This document shows positions 7,164-10,323 of a DNA stretch of 10,323 bases, one piece after another. The notes below the pieces were generated by a model. The model saw only the letters and a list, made by a program, of their open reading frames with translations, was not told the origin of the DNA and ran no database searches. The translations under genes and the position numbers were made by a program. Numbering within the stretch: position 1 is the stretch's first letter; each line of letters opens with the position of its first letter. Origin of the DNA: Octopus sinensis (Eukaryota); NCBI RefSeq assembly GCF_006345805.1, contig NW_021827461.1, positions 1 to 10,323 of the forward strand. The letters are read 5' to 3'.

Positions 7164-8740
7164 CATATATATGTATGTATGTGTATATATATATATGTAT
7201 GTGTGTATATATATATGTATGTGTGTATATATACATGTATGTGTGTATATATACATGTATGTATGTATATATACATGTATGTATGTGTATATACATGTAA
7301 GTATGTGTATATACATGTAAGTATGTGTATATACATGTATGTATGTGTATATACATGTATGTATGTGTGTATATATACATGTATGTATGTGTATATACAT
7401 GTATGTATGTGTATATACATGTATGTGTATATACATGTATGTATGTGTATATACATGTATGTATGTGTATATACATGTATGTATGTGTATATATATGTAT
7501 GTATGTGTATATATATGTATGTATGTGTATATATATGTATGTGTGTGTATATATGTATGTGTATATACATATGTATGTATGTGTATATACATATATGTAT
7601 GTATGTGTATATACATATATGTATGTATGTGTATATATATGTATGTGTATATACATATATGTATGTATGTGTATATATATGTATGTGTATATACATATAT
7701 GTATGTATGTGTATATATATGTATGTGTATATACATATATGTATGTATGTGTATATACATATATGTATGTATGTGTATATATATATATGTATGTATGTGT
7801 ATATATATATATGTATGTATGTGTATATATATATATGTATGTATGTGTATATATATGTGTATATATATATGTGTATATATATATATGTCTATATATATAT
7901 GTATGTGTATATATATATATGTGTATATATATATGTATATATATATATATATGTATGTGTATATATATATATGTATGTGTATATATATATTGTATATATA
8001 TATATATATGTATGTGTATATATATATATATATGTATGTGTATATATATATATATATGTAATGTGTATATATTATATATATGTATGTGTATATATATATA
8101 TATATTTATGTGTATATGTATAATTATATATATATATATATGTATTGTATATGTAATATATATATATATGTATGTGTATTATAAATATATATATATGTAT
8201 GTGTATATATATATAATATGTATGTGTATATATATATATATATGTATGTGTATATATATATATATAATATGTGTATATTATATATGTATGTGTATATATA
8301 TATATATGTTGTGTATATATATATGATGTATTGTATATATATATGTAATGTATGTGTATATATATATGTATGTATGTGTATAATATATTATTATGTATGT
8401 GTATATATATAATGTATGTATGTGTATATATATATATTATGTATATGTATGTGTATATATTATATATGTATATGTATGTGTATATGTATGTATGTATGTG
8501 TATATGTATGTATGTGTGTGTATATGTATGTATGTGTGTGTATATATATGTATGTGTGTGTATATATATGTATGCGTGTGTATATATATGTATGCGTGTG
8601 TATATATATGTATGTATGTGTATATATATATATATATATGTACACATACACGAACAAAGACGAGCATGTATACATCCGTATGTAATATCTCGCTGTGTGT
8701 GTGTGTATACATACTTATGTAAACTTTCTATATATACACA
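7164..8740. repeat. ~1.6-kb compound (TA/TG/TATG/CATG) satellite
   Basis: Nearly continuous purine-pyrimidine alternation. 20-bp units GTATGTGTATATACATGTAT around 7320-7490 and perfect 40-bp units at 7601-7720. Confidence 0.97.
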
Positions 8741-8879
8741 CACGCGTGTGTAGGATACATTCGTCCTCTATTAATTTAACTCACTATAATTAGCTTAGTA
8801 TAATATACACACGTATGTTAATTGATTTCTTGTTATATATCTCCTACACATCTCTCCCTTTCTCTCATTAACACCTCGT

Positions 8880-8912
8880 GTATATATACGTATATATATA
8901 ATATATATACAT

Positions 8913-8955
<43 letters not shown>

Positions 8956-9110
8956 ATGGTAGAAATCTGTCACTCATGCTATATATACGCGCAAATATAT
9001 GCGCATATAGGCTACATATGTTTATATATATATGTATATGTATATATATATATATGGCACATACACGCAGATATATGCGTATATGGCACATACACGTGTA
9101 TAGTGTTTTT
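8880..9110. repeat. Degenerate TA-rich microsatellite patches
   Basis: (TA)n runs at ~8880-8953 and ~9020-9055 with interruptions. Confidence 0.8.
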
Positions 9111-9212
9111 CTCACGAGGGTATTTCAATGGATTTCGCTAAACACAACTTTTCGTGTGAATGTAGAATTCGCAAAAATCATAAGTTTAAATGTTTTCGTT
9201 GAAGGTTTTTTT

Positions 9213-9905
9213 TCTCTCTCTCTCTCTCCTCCCCCTCTCTTGCTTTATTTCTCCTCCTCTCTCTCTCTCGTCTTCCTCTCTTGCTCCTTCTTTCCTTCCC
9301 TTCTCTTGCTTTATTTCTCCTCCTCTCTCTCTCTCTCTCGTCTTCTCTTATATCGTCTTCCTCTCTTGCTCCTTTCCTACCCGTCTCTTGCTTTATTTCT
9401 CCTCCTCTTTCTCTCTTATATCGTCTTTCTCTCTTGCTCCTTTCCTACCCCTCTCTTGCTTTATTACTCCTCCTCTTTCTCTCTCTCGTCTTTTATATCG
9501 TCTTTCTCTCTTGCTCCTTATTTCCTCCCCCTTCCTTGCTCTTTCCTTTCTTCCCCTCTCTTGCTTTATTTCTCCTCCTCCTCTCTCTCTCTCGTCTCAT
9601 ATCGTCTTCCTGTTTTGCTCTTTCCTTCCTCCCCGTCTCTTGCTTTATTTATCCTCCTCCTCCTCTCTCTCTCGTCTTCTTTTATATCGTCTTCCTCTCT
9701 TGCTCCTTCTTTCCTCCCCTCTCTTGCTTTATTTCTCCTCCTCTCTCGCTATCTTCTTCCCTCTCTCCCCCTCTTCCTCTCTCTCTCCTCTTCTCTTATG
9801 TCGTCTTCCTCTCTTGCTCCTTTCTTACCCCTCTCTTGCTTTATTTCTCCTCCTCCTCTCTCTCGCCATCTTCTTCCCTCTCTCGCTTTTTCGCCCTCCT
9901 TCTCT
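9213..9905. repeat. Polypyrimidine minisatellite, variable ~65-110-bp unit
   Basis: Anchor TTGCTTTA recurs at 9240, 9306, 9388, 9456, 9561, 9640, 9724 and 9836, most followed by CTCCTCCT(CT)n and TATCGTCTT/CTTGCTCC modules. Confidence 0.9.
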
Positions 9906-10170
9906 ATCCCCCCCACCCATTATCTTTACCAGATGCTGCAATCTGGGAGGTACAGGGTTCGATTTCCTGTAGCGGCTTGCTGCCCTCTTTTATTTTTGTC
10001 TTTTTCCTCCTCGATATAAGCTTTGTCAAGATCTTTTACTTAGTTGTTTTTTTTTTTTAATCATAGGATATACACACTGTGATATTTTCTATGCATCTTT
10101 TTATTGGAACATCTTCTGCTCTTAGCGTTTATATACCCAGCCTCCTGCATTCAATGTATGCTTACTCTCT

Positions 10171-10181
10171 ACATATGTATG

Positions 10182-10218
<37 letters not shown>

Positions 10219-10223
10219 GTATA
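10171..10223. repeat. (TG)n(TA)n microsatellite
   Basis: Direct reading of the sequence. Confidence 0.92.
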
Positions 10224-10255
10224 GAAAACGGATAGAGGGATTTACAAGGGCAATA

Positions 10256-10323
10256 GGGATAGGAGTGGCTGTGTGGTAAGGAGCTTGCTTACCAACCACA
10301 TGGTTCCGGCGTTCAGTCCCCTG
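10256..10323 (+). mobile_element. SINE 5' head (cut by window end)
   Basis: GGGATAGGAGTGGCTGTGTGGTAAGGAGCTTGCTTACCAACCACATGGTTCCGGCGTTCAGTCCC matches the heads at 249, 429 and 1373. Confidence 0.9.

Noticed and set aside
7062-8753. Many long ORFs (up to 333 aa) of Y/I/C/V/M/H/T
   Set aside because: They are translations of TA/TG microsatellite that lacks stop codons, open in several frames on both strands.
7124-8753. 13-bp direct repeat CACGCGTGTGTAG flanking the large satellite (7124-7136, 8741-8753) as a TSD
   Set aside because: The motif is a typical CA/TG junction palindrome that is likely in this composition, and it is not flush with the array ends.
8976-10060. ORFs of 347, 260 and 259 aa rich in L/S/F/P
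   Set aside because: They are translations of the CT-rich minisatellite, open in all three + frames.

Overview
Eukaryotic, repeat-dense, almost entirely non-coding DNA. It is not a prokaryotic accessory region and shows no CRISPR array or operon. The SINE family and the very high microsatellite load resemble octopus (coleoid cephalopod) genomes as I recall them; this attribution is an unchecked inference. Bases 1-2900 are a retroposon/Helitron cluster. It holds seven segments of one ~400-450 bp tRNA-derived SINE family (Pol III A/B boxes, internal (TA)n, AGTAAAAG tail), including a SINE nested inside another SINE, plus a 513-bp non-autonomous Helitron with canonical ends. Most insertions sit in (TA)n tracts. 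Bases 2900-7000 are CpG-rich unique islands with promoter motifs, separated by microsatellites, and include a ~90-bp inverted repeat and two tandem duplications. Bases 7160-9900 are a ~1.6-kb alternating purine/pyrimidine array and a CT-rich minisatellite, possibly forming the first intron of a + strand gene (tentative exons 6938-6989 and 9933-9949). A further SINE head lies at the right edge. Essentially all long ORFs in the track are translations of simple repeats.
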